The notes beneath the pieces were generated by a model. That model saw nothing but the letters and a program-made list of their open reading frames with translations, searched no databases and had not been told where the DNA came from. A stretch of 64,000 nucleotides of DNA from Candidatus Melainabacteria bacterium 17Bon1m (GTDB lineage: Bacteria; Cyanobacteriota; Vampirovibrionia; Obscuribacterales; Obscuribacteraceae), in the NCBI GenBank assembly GCA_032128875.1, contig JAVLKG010000004.1, positions 256,001-320,000 of the forward strand. Reading direction: 5' to 3'. Both the position numbers and the translations under genes were made by a program. Positions 39,238-50,309 of this stretch are shown here, in pieces. Within the stretch, counting starts at the first letter, position 1, and each line of letters opens with the position of its first letter.

Positions 39238-40277
39238 ATCGTGACTACGATTTTGCCGAAGTGTGCGCCACTTTGCTGATACTTCAATGCTTCAACAATT
39301 TGTGATGCCTTGAAGGTTTTGTCGATGACTGGTTTCAACTTGTGTAATGCGATGGCTGCATTCATGCGTTCGTACATTTCTACAGATCCGACAAAAACGC
39401 CTTGCAGCTTTACTGCTTTCATCAATAATGAAATTTCGAAGTCCGACTTTTGTTTTGCATCAGCAAGCACGCCGATCAAACTGATGTGTCCACCCACTTT
39501 CACTGATACAGCCGACTTCGCCAATGTGCCTGCGCCGCCGATTTCGACAACGTGGTCTACTCCGCGACCGCATGTGTATTTGACTACTTCTTTTTCCCAA
39601 TCGGGTGTTTTCTTGTAATTGATGACGTGAGAGGCGCCCATCTTTTGCAGGCGTTTCATCTTCTCATCGCTGCTGGTGGTGGCAATAACTTCCGCGCCAC
39701 TCATTATCGCTAATTGGAGAGCGAAGACAGAAACGCCGCCTGTACCCATCACAAGTACTGTTTCACCAGCGCGTAATCCACCATTTTCGATCAGACCGTT
39801 CCAGGCTGTAAGTGCCGCACAAGGAAGCGTTGCCGCTTCCTGGAAGCTGAGATGCTCCGGAATGCGAACGACTGATCTTTCGTTGAAAACAGCATACTCG
39901 CGTAAGACACCATCTTTGGTGCCACCAAGATCAGATGATTTTACGGTCGCATTGATAGGACCAGACAACCAGTCTGCAAAGAAATTTGGTGAAACACGGT
40001 CGCCCACTTTAAAGCGTGTGACTGACGAGCCGATTTCGACAATTTCGCCGGCGCCGTCAGAAAGAGGAATTCTCGGAAGCGGAATGCCTTTATTGTAGAC
40101 GCCAAGGGCGACAAGGATATCGCGGTAATTAAGCGATGCGGCTCTCATCCTGACAAGCACATCGGTCGGACCGAGCGCCGGGGTGACTCGCTTCGCCGCT
40201 CTAATCGCGTCGATTGAAAAGCTGGGCAACTCAAAGGCTGCGTGTTCGATTTCTGTCTTTGTAGTCGCCGTAACCAT
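39234..40277 (-). CDS. NAD(P)-dependent medium-chain dehydrogenase/reductase (quinone oxidoreductase-like)
   Basis: AASLNYRD, PLSDGAG, LPCAALTAW, GTGGVS, HFGKIVV. Confidence 0.92.
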   Translation of the reverse strand: MVTATTKTEIEHAAFELPSFSIDAIRAAKRVTPALGPTDVLVRMRAASLNYRDILVALGVYNKGIPLPRIPLSDGAGEIVEIGSSVTRFKVGDRVSPNFFADWLSGPINATVKSSDLGGTKDGVLREYAVFNERSVVRIPEHLSFQEAATLPCAALTAWNGLIENGGLRAGETVLVMGTGGVSVFALQLAIMSGAEVIATTSSDEKMKRLQKMGASHVINYKKTPDWEKEVVKYTCGRGVDHVVEIGGAGTLAKSAVSVKVGGHISLIGVLADAKQKSDFEISLLMKAVKLQGVFVGSVEMYERMNAAIALHKLKPVIDKTFKASQIVEALKYQQSGAHFGKIVVTI

Positions 40278-40549
40278 CTTCGACCTCCGTATCCTGTTGC
40301 TCGAAATCTCAATGAGTATATTGTGGATAGATTGATACCATCTTCTCGATTACAGATCATGAGAGGGAGCGGTTTTGGCGCATTTTCGTCGCAAATCCTT
40401 GCCCGACCCATTTTGCGTTTCCTTTCAAAGGTTTTCAGTTTTGGCTGCCGGTGGTCATTTTGGGGCACCCGGTTGATAAAATTCTAGGGTAAGACAGTTC
40501 GAAGAAACCCCGCTGGACCATCGGCGAGGGGATATAGGGGCTAAGCCGG

Positions 40550-41131
40550 ATGCAGAGAGTCTGTGTATTTTGCGGGTCGTCACCAGGTGTAAAGCAGGAA
40601 TACGCCGTCGGCGCGCGTGAATTGGGTTTGGTCCTGGCAAAAAAGAATATTGATTTGGTCTATGGCGGCGGTCATGTCGGACTGATGGGAATAGTCGCTG
40701 ATGCCGCAATGTCAGCCGGTGCCAAGGCGATAGGCATTATTCCTCGATGCCTGGCGGATAAAGAAGTCGCCCACCAGGGGCTGACTGAGCTCAAGATCGT
40801 TCAAACCATGCATGAACGAAAGGCTCAAATGAGCGAGCTTTCCGATGGTTTTATCGCGATGCCCGGCGGTTTTGGCACATTGGAAGAGCTGTTCGAAGTC
40901 ATTACCTGGGCACAGCTGGGCATTCACAAAAAGCCGTTCGGTCTTTTCAACGTTGCTGGTTATTACGACAAATTGATTGAATTCATGGATTATCAGGTCG
41001 AGCAGGGTTTTGTGCCTCAGCGTCATCGCGAAATGATCATCGTGTCTGATGAAGCCGAACAGCTCGTAGAGATGCTTGAGAGCTTCCATCCCGTTGCCCA
41101 AGAAAAATGGGCGTCCACGCGTCAAATTTAG
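40550..41131 (+). CDS. LOG family nucleotide phosphoribohydrolase (TIGR00730)
   Basis: VCVFCGS, LVYGGG, MHERK, PGGFGTLEE. Confidence 0.94.
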   Translation: MQRVCVFCGSSPGVKQEYAVGARELGLVLAKKNIDLVYGGGHVGLMGIVADAAMSAGAKAIGIIPRCLADKEVAHQGLTELKIVQTMHERKAQMSELSDGFIAMPGGFGTLEELFEVITWAQLGIHKKPFGLFNVAGYYDKLIEFMDYQVEQGFVPQRHREMIIVSDEAEQLVEMLESFHPVAQEKWASTRQI

Positions 41132-41445
41132 ATAAACACTTCGACTCAAGTCAGATAGACGTTTGCAGCGACTGCGTGCGTTGAAATATGGCTCGAAAAT
41201 TTGCTGGTAAATTCCCTGAAAATAGCCACGGCGCCGAGCCGAAGCTCGACGCAGTGTGTCCCTTGCTACAGGTTTTGGTTCTTCCAAGCGCAAGCCGATT
41301 CAATATCGGGATGCAGACAGCCAGCAGCAATGTGTGTGCTGCTTCCGGCGCTGCTACGCTTTTCGGTTGATTTATACGGGGAAGATGAGGTCCATGCGAA
41401 GAGAGTATCAAACAGGGTGTGAAGAGACCGTGAACGCCCCCTTTC

Positions 41446-41497
41446 GTACGGGCGACACATGTGCCGCCCTGCCAGGGAGCCGCATGCGTCTGCCCTA
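41446..41497. repeat. Inverted REP-like pair
   Basis: GTACGGGCGACACATGTGCCGCCCTGCCAGGGAGCCGCATGCGTCTGCCCTA. Confidence 0.7.
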
Positions 41498-41508
41498 GGA
41501 AGGACGGA

Positions 41509-42363
41509 TTATCCAATCATGAATTGAGGTCCGGGCGACTTGACGCAGATCGCTGCAAGCATCATCCCTTCGAGCGCGGCGTCCGTGGCGTCTAGTCCGG
41601 CTGCCATTGCAGTCACTGTTGCTCCGCAAAAGGTATCGCCAGCTCCTGTTGGATCTATTTCTTGTACTTCTTCTGTCGGCAGTTTCCACGCCTCGCCCTG
41701 GCTGTAGATGGAGCAACCGCCTTTGTTCTCAGTTACGAACAGGGCTTTTCTACGCCCGCTTTCAGGCAACCCACCCTGATAGAGTGTTTGGAACTCGTTG
41801 AGATTCATGAAAAAGTAATCGCAGCTTTGCACCAGCTCGTGCACTACATCTGGTGCCGTTTTCACCAGGCGAAAATATGTTCCGCATGAGACTGTCTTTG
41901 CACCAAGCGCGCGCACACGATCGAGCATCTCCTTTTGTTTCACCGCAGAACTAAGTGCGGCGATGTGGACGACATCGAATTCATCGAGCGGTCCGGTAAT
42001 TGTGTCAGGCGTCAATTCCGCCTCGGCGCCCCAATCAGCAGTCAAAAGTGTGGCGCGCCCATCGCCATGGTGAATGATTTCCAGGCGAGGTAGGTCGGCC
42101 TCGCGGACCTGCGGACCCTTCCAGGTAATCATCTGTGAAACACGCAAGAAAGGCTCGGTAAAGCTGTCTGGCTGCGGAGCCATGAGCGTTACGCGACCAC
42201 CAGAAACATTCGAAGCAAGCGCCGTATACAGTCCAGAGCCGCCTATAGTGTGGAATGTGCTGCGCTCACCATTCACCTCTGAGTGAATCGTGTCGCGCGA
42301 AGCCGTACCAATTACGGCGATTTTGGGCGATTTTAATTGTGTCTTCGAAGGTTGGTCCGGCAA
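41509..42363 (-). CDS. PfkB-family carbohydrate/nucleoside kinase
   Basis: GGSG..TA N-terminal motif, NLNE, DPTGAGDTF. Confidence 0.9.
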   Translation of the reverse strand: MPDQPSKTQLKSPKIAVIGTASRDTIHSEVNGERSTFHTIGGSGLYTALASNVSGGRVTLMAPQPDSFTEPFLRVSQMITWKGPQVREADLPRLEIIHHGDGRATLLTADWGAEAELTPDTITGPLDEFDVVHIAALSSAVKQKEMLDRVRALGAKTVSCGTYFRLVKTAPDVVHELVQSCDYFFMNLNEFQTLYQGGLPESGRRKALFVTENKGGCSIYSQGEAWKLPTEEVQEIDPTGAGDTFCGATVTAMAAGLDATDAALEGMMLAAICVKSPGPQFMIG

Positions 42364-42649
42364 GTTCTTGTCTCACCGCGGGTCTCTATTAGGGAAGTCT
42401 AAGCCATTCCAGCGTCTTCTTTTGGCGATTTTTCCCTGAGAGATGCTTTAGGAACCGGCGCCCATAAGGGGGACGGCGATTGTGCCTTGGATTGGGGCAG
42501 TTTTTCGGATTGTTGAAAGACTCTTTATAACTGGGCAAATATGGCTCTTAGTTTGCGAAACTGTATATATAGGATCTGCTAGGAGCAAATTCGTGCCGCA
42601 AATGACAAAGAACCGCGAGAAACAGAGAGTTAAGAAGTTGGGTGGGGAC

Positions 42650-43486
42650 ATGCAGGCGCCCCCGGTGAATACTGCGCCGAGTAATGAGCAAGGCGATAAG
42701 TACGCGATGCTTCTCTTTTATTCTGCTGAGGCGCTGGCAGGATTATTGCTCATCGGTGGCACGGCGTTTTCCGTCACGAAGTTTATCCAGGCGTTGAACG
42801 CGCATCCGCTCGATTGGGCGACGTGCATTTGGATGACGGTTGCTCTCGCTTTCACTTTTATTGTTGCTCGCTCACTGGCATGGTTAGCCGTTCTAGGCTC
42901 CGTGCTGCTCGCTGGAAAGCTTAATGCCTGGCAGTCTATGGAAGACATCAGTCGTAAGGCTCAAAAGATGCAAAAGATCATGCCGTCTGGCTCAGCTTGG
43001 GCAAGCATGGTTTTAGCGCAAAGCCTTGCATCGCGTGGAAAATACAAGGAAGCTGCTGAAGTTGCTGAAGCAGAGTGGCAACTTAACGGTAGTTCGGACA
43101 AGAACGATCAAACTCTTGGTCCAACTTGCGCAATTGCATCGTTCGCGTATCAGATGGAAAGCGATATGAAAAACGCTCTCATTTGGAACGATCGCACAAT
43201 TACAACGCTCGGACGCGCAGTTGAGAATTTGAAGAAGCCGAAGAAAGGGCTGATGGCAAATGCTATGTCGGCGCAAAGTGGACAGTATGTAGCGCAAGTC
43301 CAGACGCAATTAGGCGCTGCGTATTTCGGTAACGCCAACATATACTTCCAGCAAATGAACTATCGTCAGGCCAAAGAAAACTATCGCAAGACGATCGAAG
43401 TCATGTCGCAGGCGTCAGACTCACCACAGAAGAATGAGATATTGAAAGTTGCAAAAGAGCAGATGCAGCGACTGAAGCACTCGTAA
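42650..43486 (+). CDS. Membrane protein with TPR-like C-terminus
   Basis: Two to three TM segments, then helical repeats (LGAAYFGNANIYFQQMNYRQAKENY). Confidence 0.7.
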   Translation: MQAPPVNTAPSNEQGDKYAMLLFYSAEALAGLLLIGGTAFSVTKFIQALNAHPLDWATCIWMTVALAFTFIVARSLAWLAVLGSVLLAGKLNAWQSMEDISRKAQKMQKIMPSGSAWASMVLAQSLASRGKYKEAAEVAEAEWQLNGSSDKNDQTLGPTCAIASFAYQMESDMKNALIWNDRTITTLGRAVENLKKPKKGLMANAMSAQSGQYVAQVQTQLGAAYFGNANIYFQQMNYRQAKENYRKTIEVMSQASDSPQKNEILKVAKEQMQRLKHS

Positions 43487-43489
43487 ACT

Positions 43490-43581
43490 GTAAGGGCGAT
43501 GCGATGCATCGCCCTGTTGTTTTTGTAGGGGTGACGCCATGCGTCTACCTTTTTGTTATGACGTCGGCGCATGGCGCGACG
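43490..43581. repeat. Cluster of three REP-like palindromes
   Basis: GTAAGGGCGATGCGATGCATCGCCCT, GTAGGGGTGACGCCATGCGTC and CGTCGGCGCATGGCGCGACG; organisation like 4449..4527. Confidence 0.75.
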
Positions 43582-43586
43582 ATAAG

Positions 43587-44612
43587 CTATTTGCCGAATA
43601 CATTCTCGAAATCGTCTTTGATACTAACTACCGTCCAGCCACGTTCGCTTGCTGCTTTCAGTGCTTTCTCAGCACCTTTGTCATATTTGTATTCACGCTG
43701 TTCATCGTCGTGATGCAATAGAATGCCGAGCGATGGTCCCTTTCTATCAGTGCAATAAGTGAGCATCTCGATGTCGCCATCTGAATTGCCTACTGCAATA
43801 AGCGGACGTTTGCCGATGTGTTCGTCAATCATGATCGGCTTGTGTGGACCGACGTTATAAACGTGCAGAACCGGACGACTGACTACTGCCGAGCGTCCAT
43901 CTTTTTGAATGAATTCGCGTTTCAAGCTGCTGCCAATTACTTGCTCGCCTGGAATTCCATATGAGTCTTTGGAATAGAGCCGAATGAAATCCGCACCAGC
44001 ACCAGAACAAATATAAGTCTTGAATCCATTGGCACGCAGATAGGAAAGCAATTCCACCATCGGTTGATATTTCAATTGTACAAACGGGCGATTGAATCTT
44101 TTGTGTTTTGCGTCAGTAATCCACTTGCTTGCCAGTGGTGGCAATTCCTCCGAACTCATTCCATTCTGCGTGGCTGCTATCAATTTCGTTGCTTCCGCGC
44201 CACGCAAACCCGCAATTGCGCTGTCGTCGCTCGTGAGAAAGGGCTTGATAGCTGCATCATCTTTCCATTCCGGATGCTCTCCTTGTCTGGCAAGAGCGCT
44301 GTCACGCGCAAAGATGACTTGGATAAATGCAGGTTTTTCGCAGAGCAAAGTGCCATCGTTGTCGAAGACCGCCACTCGATCATCCGGTGGCACAAAGTCT
44401 TTGCTTTGCGCATCGGTGACGCGATTGACGAAGTCAAGAATGCTTTGCTTTAGTTTGTTGTCTCTCCAGCTACTTAATGCTTTGCTGGGTTCGACACTCT
44501 GGTGCTGTTCGCAACCGGATGCCGCGCTCCACATAGGCGAGCTGACAATTATGGCGGCGGTCAGACTTGTGGTTACTGCCTTGACGAAAGAAGACGGGCT
44601 CGTTTGGAACAT
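43587..44612 (-). CDS. Secreted HAD-family phosphatase
   Basis: AVFDNDGTL, CSG, K, GNSDGD; signal peptide. Confidence 0.9.
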   Translation of the reverse strand: MFQTSPSSFVKAVTTSLTAAIIVSSPMWSAASGCEQHQSVEPSKALSSWRDNKLKQSILDFVNRVTDAQSKDFVPPDDRVAVFDNDGTLLCEKPAFIQVIFARDSALARQGEHPEWKDDAAIKPFLTSDDSAIAGLRGAEATKLIAATQNGMSSEELPPLASKWITDAKHKRFNRPFVQLKYQPMVELLSYLRANGFKTYICSGAGADFIRLYSKDSYGIPGEQVIGSSLKREFIQKDGRSAVVSRPVLHVYNVGPHKPIMIDEHIGKRPLIAVGNSDGDIEMLTYCTDRKGPSLGILLHHDDEQREYKYDKGAEKALKAASERGWTVVSIKDDFENVFGK

Positions 44613-44766
44613 TCTTGCAACTACCTCAATCTCAACGCGGAAGCGGAAATAGGGACATCTACGATGTCTTGCGCCGGCGGCATTGCCTGGTGCGGGTTCA
44701 TAGAATAGCCGATTATTGTGCTCTTTCGGCGGCTTTTTTCGACTTGTCTCGTGATAGACTCCCCTA

Positions 44767-46122
44767 ATGCTACCGGTTGAGCAATCTTGCTATTGGCTGG
44801 CGTCGCGCCAGGGTTATACGCCGTCCGCTCCTTTGTCTGAGAAGGTCGATGCCGACTACGCAGTTGTTGGTGGCGGATTCACCGGCTTGTGGACCGCTTT
44901 ATTTTTGAAACAATTGGAGCCGAGCGCTCATGTCGTGGTTGTTGAAAGCTCTGTGGCAGGTTATGGTGCCAGCGGCAGAAACGCAGGGATAGTAAGTAAT
45001 TCCATCGACCATTCTCACGCTTTGGCGATTTCGCATTTTGGAAAATCAGAAGCAGAAAGATTGGCGAAAATCGGGATGCAAAACATCACCGAGATGGAAG
45101 AGTTTGCCGTAGATTGCGATTTTGAAAGATCGGGGCAATTGCAAGTTGCTTTGAAGCCCGGGCATCTAGAAGATTGCAAACACAATCTCGAAGTGGCAAA
45201 TGACATTGGATTGAGCGGCTATCGAATGCTCAACAAAGAAGAGATACAGGGCGAAGTGAATTCACCTTTGTATCTTGGTGGATTGTTTGTTCCAGGTGGT
45301 GGCACTCTTAATCCGATAAAGTTGGTTGATCGCATTGTCTCTGAAATGAAGAGGCTTGGAGTCGTTCTTTATGAAAATACGCGCGTTCGTGAAGTGGGCG
45401 ACGGCGTGTTGCATTGTGAGCGAGGAGAAATTCGAGCAAGGAAAGTGATCATGGCTACTGATGCATACACGCATCACTTGCTGCCGGAATTATTGTGGAG
45501 ATTTATACCTCTGTATGACTATATTCTGGTCACTGATCCTTTAACTACTGAGCAGAAAGCTCAAATTCGTTGGCACCACCGGCAGGGCATGGTCGATGGA
45601 AGAACATTCTTCAACTACTATCGTCTGACGGCCGACAACCGGATTCTATGGGGAACGAGTGAGGCTGTTTATTATCCGCCCAACAAAGTCGATGCTTCAT
45701 GCGATCACTCCGAGCACCACTATAAAACCCTCAAAGAAAGTTTTGCAAAACACTTCCCGTATCTAAGTGGCATGCAATTCCCCTATGGCTGGGGCGGACC
45801 GATCGCTTCGACCACACGGTTGACTCCGTTCTTCGGAACACTTCACGGTGGCCGAGTAGTATATGGGCTCGGATATACCGGACACGGCATAGGCACCACT
45901 CGTCTTGCCGGAAAAATTATGGCGCATCTCGCGCTTTCTAGAGATAGCGAATTACTGACACTAAAGATGGTGACAGATAAACCATTTCCCTATCCGCCAG
46001 AACCTATTAGAGGCATGTCGGTTAACGCCGTTACTAAGTCTCTTCAGAAAGTCGATGCAGGTGAAAGCCCTAGTTTTCTTTTGCGAATTCTCGACAAAAT
46101 GGGAATCGGATTTTCTAGTTGA
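44767..46122 (+). CDS. FAD-dependent oxidoreductase (DadA/PuuB-like)
   Basis: VVGGGFTGLWTA, GASGRNAG, YYRLT.DNRIL, WGG, GYTGHG. Confidence 0.88.
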   Translation: MLPVEQSCYWLASRQGYTPSAPLSEKVDADYAVVGGGFTGLWTALFLKQLEPSAHVVVVESSVAGYGASGRNAGIVSNSIDHSHALAISHFGKSEAERLAKIGMQNITEMEEFAVDCDFERSGQLQVALKPGHLEDCKHNLEVANDIGLSGYRMLNKEEIQGEVNSPLYLGGLFVPGGGTLNPIKLVDRIVSEMKRLGVVLYENTRVREVGDGVLHCERGEIRARKVIMATDAYTHHLLPELLWRFIPLYDYILVTDPLTTEQKAQIRWHHRQGMVDGRTFFNYYRLTADNRILWGTSEAVYYPPNKVDASCDHSEHHYKTLKESFAKHFPYLSGMQFPYGWGGPIASTTRLTPFFGTLHGGRVVYGLGYTGHGIGTTRLAGKIMAHLALSRDSELLTLKMVTDKPFPYPPEPIRGMSVNAVTKSLQKVDAGESPSFLLRILDKMGIGFSS

Positions 46123-46317
46123 TTCAAAATTTCCATACTTATCAACAGTAGTCAAGTGCTGAAGACTGCTTGAATTCGAACGAATTTTCAATTTTTGAGA
46201 AGTCAATAATTGAATCTTCGGTCGTCTCATGGCAATATGGGACAAAGTTGATTGATTTGGTCAACATTGATGGTGAGATTTCAGTTCGGCTGAACTCGAT
46301 ACTAAAAAGGAAAACCG

Positions 46318-47595
46318 ATGTCGAAGATTTATTTGGACAACAGCGCCACCACTCCCGTTAGTGAAGAAGTTTTTGAAGCGGCGCTTCCATATTTAAGAGA
46401 TGCGTTTGGAAATCCCGGTTCGATTCATACTCTCGGACAGCAGTCGAAGCAAGCGATCACCAAGGCGCGCAAACAAGTCGCAGAACTTATCGGCGCCAAG
46501 CCTCACGAAATTTATTTCACGCCAAGCGGAACCTACAGCAATAACGCCAGCATCCTGGGACGTGCGCGCTACGTAGAAGAGCGCGGACTTGGCAGACATC
46601 TCATTACCACTAGCATCGAACATTCGTCGGCACTCGGTCCTGCCAAACATTTAGCATCGCGCGGTTGGAAAGTCGACATTCTGGAAGTTGATGCAGAGGG
46701 ATTCATCAGCGTTGATCAAGTTCGCAGTTTGATCACAGAAGAGACCAGCATAATTTCCATTATGTGGGCAAACAACGAAGTAGGCACCATTCAGCCAATT
46801 GAAGAGATTGCAAGGCTCGCCAAAGAACGTGGCATTTTCTTCCACACCGATGCTGTCCAGGCTGCAGGAAAGTTGAAAATCGACGTAGCAATAACTGGAG
46901 TCGATACTCTTTCCATTACCGGACATAAACTTCATTCTCCAAAGGGAATCGGTGCGCTTTATGTTCGCGAAGGCGTAGAGCTGCTGCCCATTGTATTTGG
47001 TGGTGGACAGGAAAAAGGTTTATTTCCGGGGACTGAATCGGTCGCTAATGTTGTTGCGTTGGGTGCCGCTGCAGAAGCTGCATTGCTTGAATACGAATCG
47101 AATTACGAACATCTGCGTTCGATCCAAAAAGTTTTTGTGGACAAATTCTCTGCAATTCCAAATGTCACTTTGACTGGTGCACTTGATCCTGAAAAGAGAA
47201 TTCCTGGGCACGTAAGTGTGATTGTTGCTGATGCGATTGGAGAAGAACTTGTTAACGTTGCAAGTGATGCTGGAATTTGCATTTCGAGTGTTTCTGCATG
47301 CTCCAGTGGCCATCCGTCACATGTGCTGAAGCAGCTTGGATATACTCATGCTCAAGGAATCGGTTCTGCTCGCATTTCGGCTTCTTCTTTGAACTCTTAT
47401 GAAGAGTGCCAGTATGCTGCTGAAGTTCTCGCTCAAATTTTTGCTGGACAAACAGTAACAAGCCAAGAACAGACGGACGTGAATCTGTTTTCACTACCCG
47501 CAAATTCAGAAACTAATTCAACCGTTGTAGACATCAATCGCAGACACAGAGGGCAAGCAGACAAGTATGCACGCCGTGTGAGAAACAACCACTAG
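46318..47595 (+). CDS. iscS: Cysteine desulfurase (IscS/NifS group I)
   Basis: IYLDNSATT, GNPGS.H, NNEVG, HTDAVQ, GHKLHSPKG, GGGQE, SAC catalytic Cys. Confidence 0.9.
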   Translation: MSKIYLDNSATTPVSEEVFEAALPYLRDAFGNPGSIHTLGQQSKQAITKARKQVAELIGAKPHEIYFTPSGTYSNNASILGRARYVEERGLGRHLITTSIEHSSALGPAKHLASRGWKVDILEVDAEGFISVDQVRSLITEETSIISIMWANNEVGTIQPIEEIARLAKERGIFFHTDAVQAAGKLKIDVAITGVDTLSITGHKLHSPKGIGALYVREGVELLPIVFGGGQEKGLFPGTESVANVVALGAAAEAALLEYESNYEHLRSIQKVFVDKFSAIPNVTLTGALDPEKRIPGHVSVIVADAIGEELVNVASDAGICISSVSACSSGHPSHVLKQLGYTHAQGIGSARISASSLNSYEECQYAAEVLAQIFAGQTVTSQEQTDVNLFSLPANSETNSTVVDINRRHRGQADKYARRVRNNH

Positions 47596-47608
47596 TCCAC
47601 GTAACTTT

Positions 47609-47660
47609 GTAGAGGAGCCGCATGCGCTTCCCTGGCAGTGAGTCGCATGCGGCTCCCGTA
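47609..47660. repeat. Inverted REP-like pair
   Basis: GTAGAGGAGCCGCATGCGCTTCCCTGGCAGTGAGTCGCATGCGGCTCCCGTA between convergent genes. Confidence 0.7.
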
Positions 47661-47665
47661 TTGAA

Positions 47666-48715
47666 TTAGAACAAGCCGGTCGGTGGCACGTGTCCACTGG
47701 AGCCTGTCCAATTGGTGGCGGGTATTCCGCTTGGTCCCGGTTTTGTCTTTTCGGCCGCAATATCGTCCAAGACCATCGAGTCGAGTATCTTTGAACGCTC
47801 AAAATCGTAGTATTTGGATTCCATTCCTTTGACGATCAATACCGTACAGTCGGCATGAGTTGATATGTGCTGCGAGACACTTCCAAGTACGAGCTTGGCT
47901 AATCCTGTTCGACCTTGTGCGCCCATGATGATCATATGGGCAGGCCAGTTGTGTGCTCCCTTTAAAATGGTTTCTGTCGGAATACCATCGACGGTGCCTC
48001 GCGTAATTTCGCGTGCGTTGCCGCCTTGTTGAAGGAATGTCCCCCACTTATCCAAAAGACTTTCGATGAGCATCTTGTCAGTCTGATACGTGAGTAAGTT
48101 GTCTGAGGCTGTCTTCACTCCATCCATAGGAGAGTGGTGTAATGGCTCCGTGACTGAAAGCAGTGCAATGTGTGATTGTTTCATCCATTCTTGCCACTGC
48201 AACCACTCAACTGCAGCTGCGCTGTGCTCGGAGTCATCGATCGCGACAAGGACATTTGATCCTTTATCAGCGTCAAGCGGCGCAGAGTCACCACGCACAA
48301 TTGCAACTGGGCACGACATGCCTTCGAGCAGTTTTTGCGAAACGCTGCCCAATAAAATCGTATCGACCGCGGTTTTCTTACGGCAGCCGGTCACCATCAA
48401 ATCAGGATGGAATGTACCGGCAAAGGACAATATTGAATCAACGGGATCTCCTGCTAAAACTTCTGCGCTTACTGAAACGTTTGGCATTTGTCGGGCGAGC
48501 TCTTCAGCAACACCTGCCAGAATTAGTGAAACGTTTTCCGTATCGCATTCGTTTTCCTTGCCGAACGCATGCATCACGTACTTCATTAGTCCACGCTCGC
48601 ATGGCAATACGTGGACTAACTTGATCCATGTGCCAGCCGGCCAATGATATGAAAGCAAGAAGTTGAGAGTTGCGCTCGAATGTTGTGATCCGTCTAGCGC
48701 TGCAATTATCTTCAT
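47666..48715 (-). CDS. Tandem-domain universal stress protein
   Basis: Two USP domains (ALDGS...GDP...LLGSVS; AIDDS...MGAQGRTG...LGSVS). Confidence 0.92.
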   Translation of the reverse strand: MKIIAALDGSQHSSATLNFLLSYHWPAGTWIKLVHVLPCERGLMKYVMHAFGKENECDTENVSLILAGVAEELARQMPNVSVSAEVLAGDPVDSILSFAGTFHPDLMVTGCRKKTAVDTILLGSVSQKLLEGMSCPVAIVRGDSAPLDADKGSNVLVAIDDSEHSAAAVEWLQWQEWMKQSHIALLSVTEPLHHSPMDGVKTASDNLLTYQTDKMLIESLLDKWGTFLQQGGNAREITRGTVDGIPTETILKGAHNWPAHMIIMGAQGRTGLAKLVLGSVSQHISTHADCTVLIVKGMESKYYDFERSKILDSMVLDDIAAEKTKPGPSGIPATNWTGSSGHVPPTGLF

Positions 48716-48772
48716 TGTCTTCAGCCTCTTGGCGCGGTTATATGCACCATTTTATCTGCTCTATTGTCGCCT

Positions 48773-50146
48773 CTACGCTTTGCTTCCGACGACTTCACCG
48801 AGCTGATGTTCCTTCGTGACCGCTTGAAGTGATTCTTCGAGCATTTTCAAGAAGTGATCGATTTGCTCGTAAGTGATCACCAGTGGCGGTTCTATGCGTA
48901 AAACGCGAGCGTTAATGTATGTTCCGGAAATGAGGATATTGCGTCCGAATAATTCTTTAGCAACAGCGTATCCAAGATCATTGTTAGTGAATTCCATGCC
49001 GAGCATCAACCCGACACCGCGCGCACCACTCATAACCTTGGGATACTTCTTGGCGATTTCGTTGAGTTTGGGCAACATGTAATCGCCCTTTTCTTTCGCC
49101 TGATCCACTAATCCTTCATTAAGCAAAACTGAAATAGTTGCAATTGCCGCGGCACATGCCATCGGGTTGCCGCCAAATGTTGTCGTATGAAGGAATGGAT
49201 TTTCAATGTATTTAGCCCAGGTTTTCTCTGTGCCGACACATGCACCAATTGGCATGACGCCACCGCCAAAACCCTTGCCCAATGCCATCAAATCCGGTGT
49301 TACTTCATCGTATTCGCAATAGAACATTTTGCCGGTTCTACCCATGCCGCATTGAATCTCGTCAAAGATCAACATTGCGCCATACTTGTCGCAAAGTTCT
49401 CTTGCAGCCTTCAAGTATCCGGGTGGTGCTACGTTGATACCACCTTCGCCTTGAATAGGTTCTACAACAAATGCCGCTACGCGATCACCTGAAAAGTCAC
49501 AGCTTTCCATGATGACTTTCAGCGCTTGCAAGTCGCCGAATGGAACGTGAGACCAGTTCAACAACGGCAAAAATGGTTCTCTAAATACAGCTTTCGATGT
49601 GCCACCAAGTGAGCCCAAGCTCTTGCCGTGGAAACCACCGATGGTGCCGATAAAATGATGCCTGCCAGTAGCAAGCATTGCCATCTTCAAGCAACCTTCT
49701 ATAGATTCGGTTCCTGAGTTGGTGAAAAATGCATACTTAAGATCGCCTGGTGTTATCAGGGCGACCAGGTGCGCAAGGTATGTGCGCAGCGGATCGATGA
49801 GTTCTTGTGAATGAATTGCTTGTTTATCGAGTTGATCACGAACAGCTTTTACTACAACAGGATGTCTGTGACCGACGCTGTAAATCCCGAATCCGCCGAG
49901 CATGTCCAAGAATTCCTTTCCATGGATATCGCGGAAAACGGCACCTTCATCTTCCCATTCGACTGCGGTGTAATCCGTGCTGACTGATTTGCGATATTGC
50001 AAAAAGCCTTCGTTGACGTGTTCTTTCCAATATTGAACTGAATCTTCCGTTACCTGCTTACGCTCACTCTCTGAGAGCGTTTGCTTTGCAATCAGATCCA
50101 AAACATCTTTGGATTTTGATTGGGCTTTCTTTAGATCCTGTGACAT
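48773..50146 (-). CDS. patA: Putrescine aminotransferase (class III PLP)
   Basis: KEHVNEGFLQYRKSV, HSQELIDPLR, GFHGKSLG, DEIQCGMGRTG, IRIEPPL-like motif; matches recalled E. coli PatA/YgjG features. Confidence 0.9.
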   Translation of the reverse strand: MSQDLKKAQSKSKDVLDLIAKQTLSESERKQVTEDSVQYWKEHVNEGFLQYRKSVSTDYTAVEWEDEGAVFRDIHGKEFLDMLGGFGIYSVGHRHPVVVKAVRDQLDKQAIHSQELIDPLRTYLAHLVALITPGDLKYAFFTNSGTESIEGCLKMAMLATGRHHFIGTIGGFHGKSLGSLGGTSKAVFREPFLPLLNWSHVPFGDLQALKVIMESCDFSGDRVAAFVVEPIQGEGGINVAPPGYLKAARELCDKYGAMLIFDEIQCGMGRTGKMFYCEYDEVTPDLMALGKGFGGGVMPIGACVGTEKTWAKYIENPFLHTTTFGGNPMACAAAIATISVLLNEGLVDQAKEKGDYMLPKLNEIAKKYPKVMSGARGVGLMLGMEFTNNDLGYAVAKELFGRNILISGTYINARVLRIEPPLVITYEQIDHFLKMLEESLQAVTKEHQLGEVVGSKA

Positions 50147-50309
50147 GATGATTGCTCCCGACGGGGAAATGAAGCGCTTCTTCGAGCGCCAAAACATCTT
50201 ACTCCAAAAGCATCTTTAAAACATGAAAGATGTCAAGCTTTGTTGCATGCCGAGCATTGCCGGGTTTTAGCCGTCTAAAACCGCGCCATTTTTGGCACAT
50301 TTCAAGCGC

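Noticed and set aside
41132-41445. Possible decayed IS200/RAYT transposase (LVNSLK fragment) or small gene next to a REP
   Set aside because: Only a six-residue resemblance; no HUH or catalytic Tyr motif and no convincing ORF in any frame
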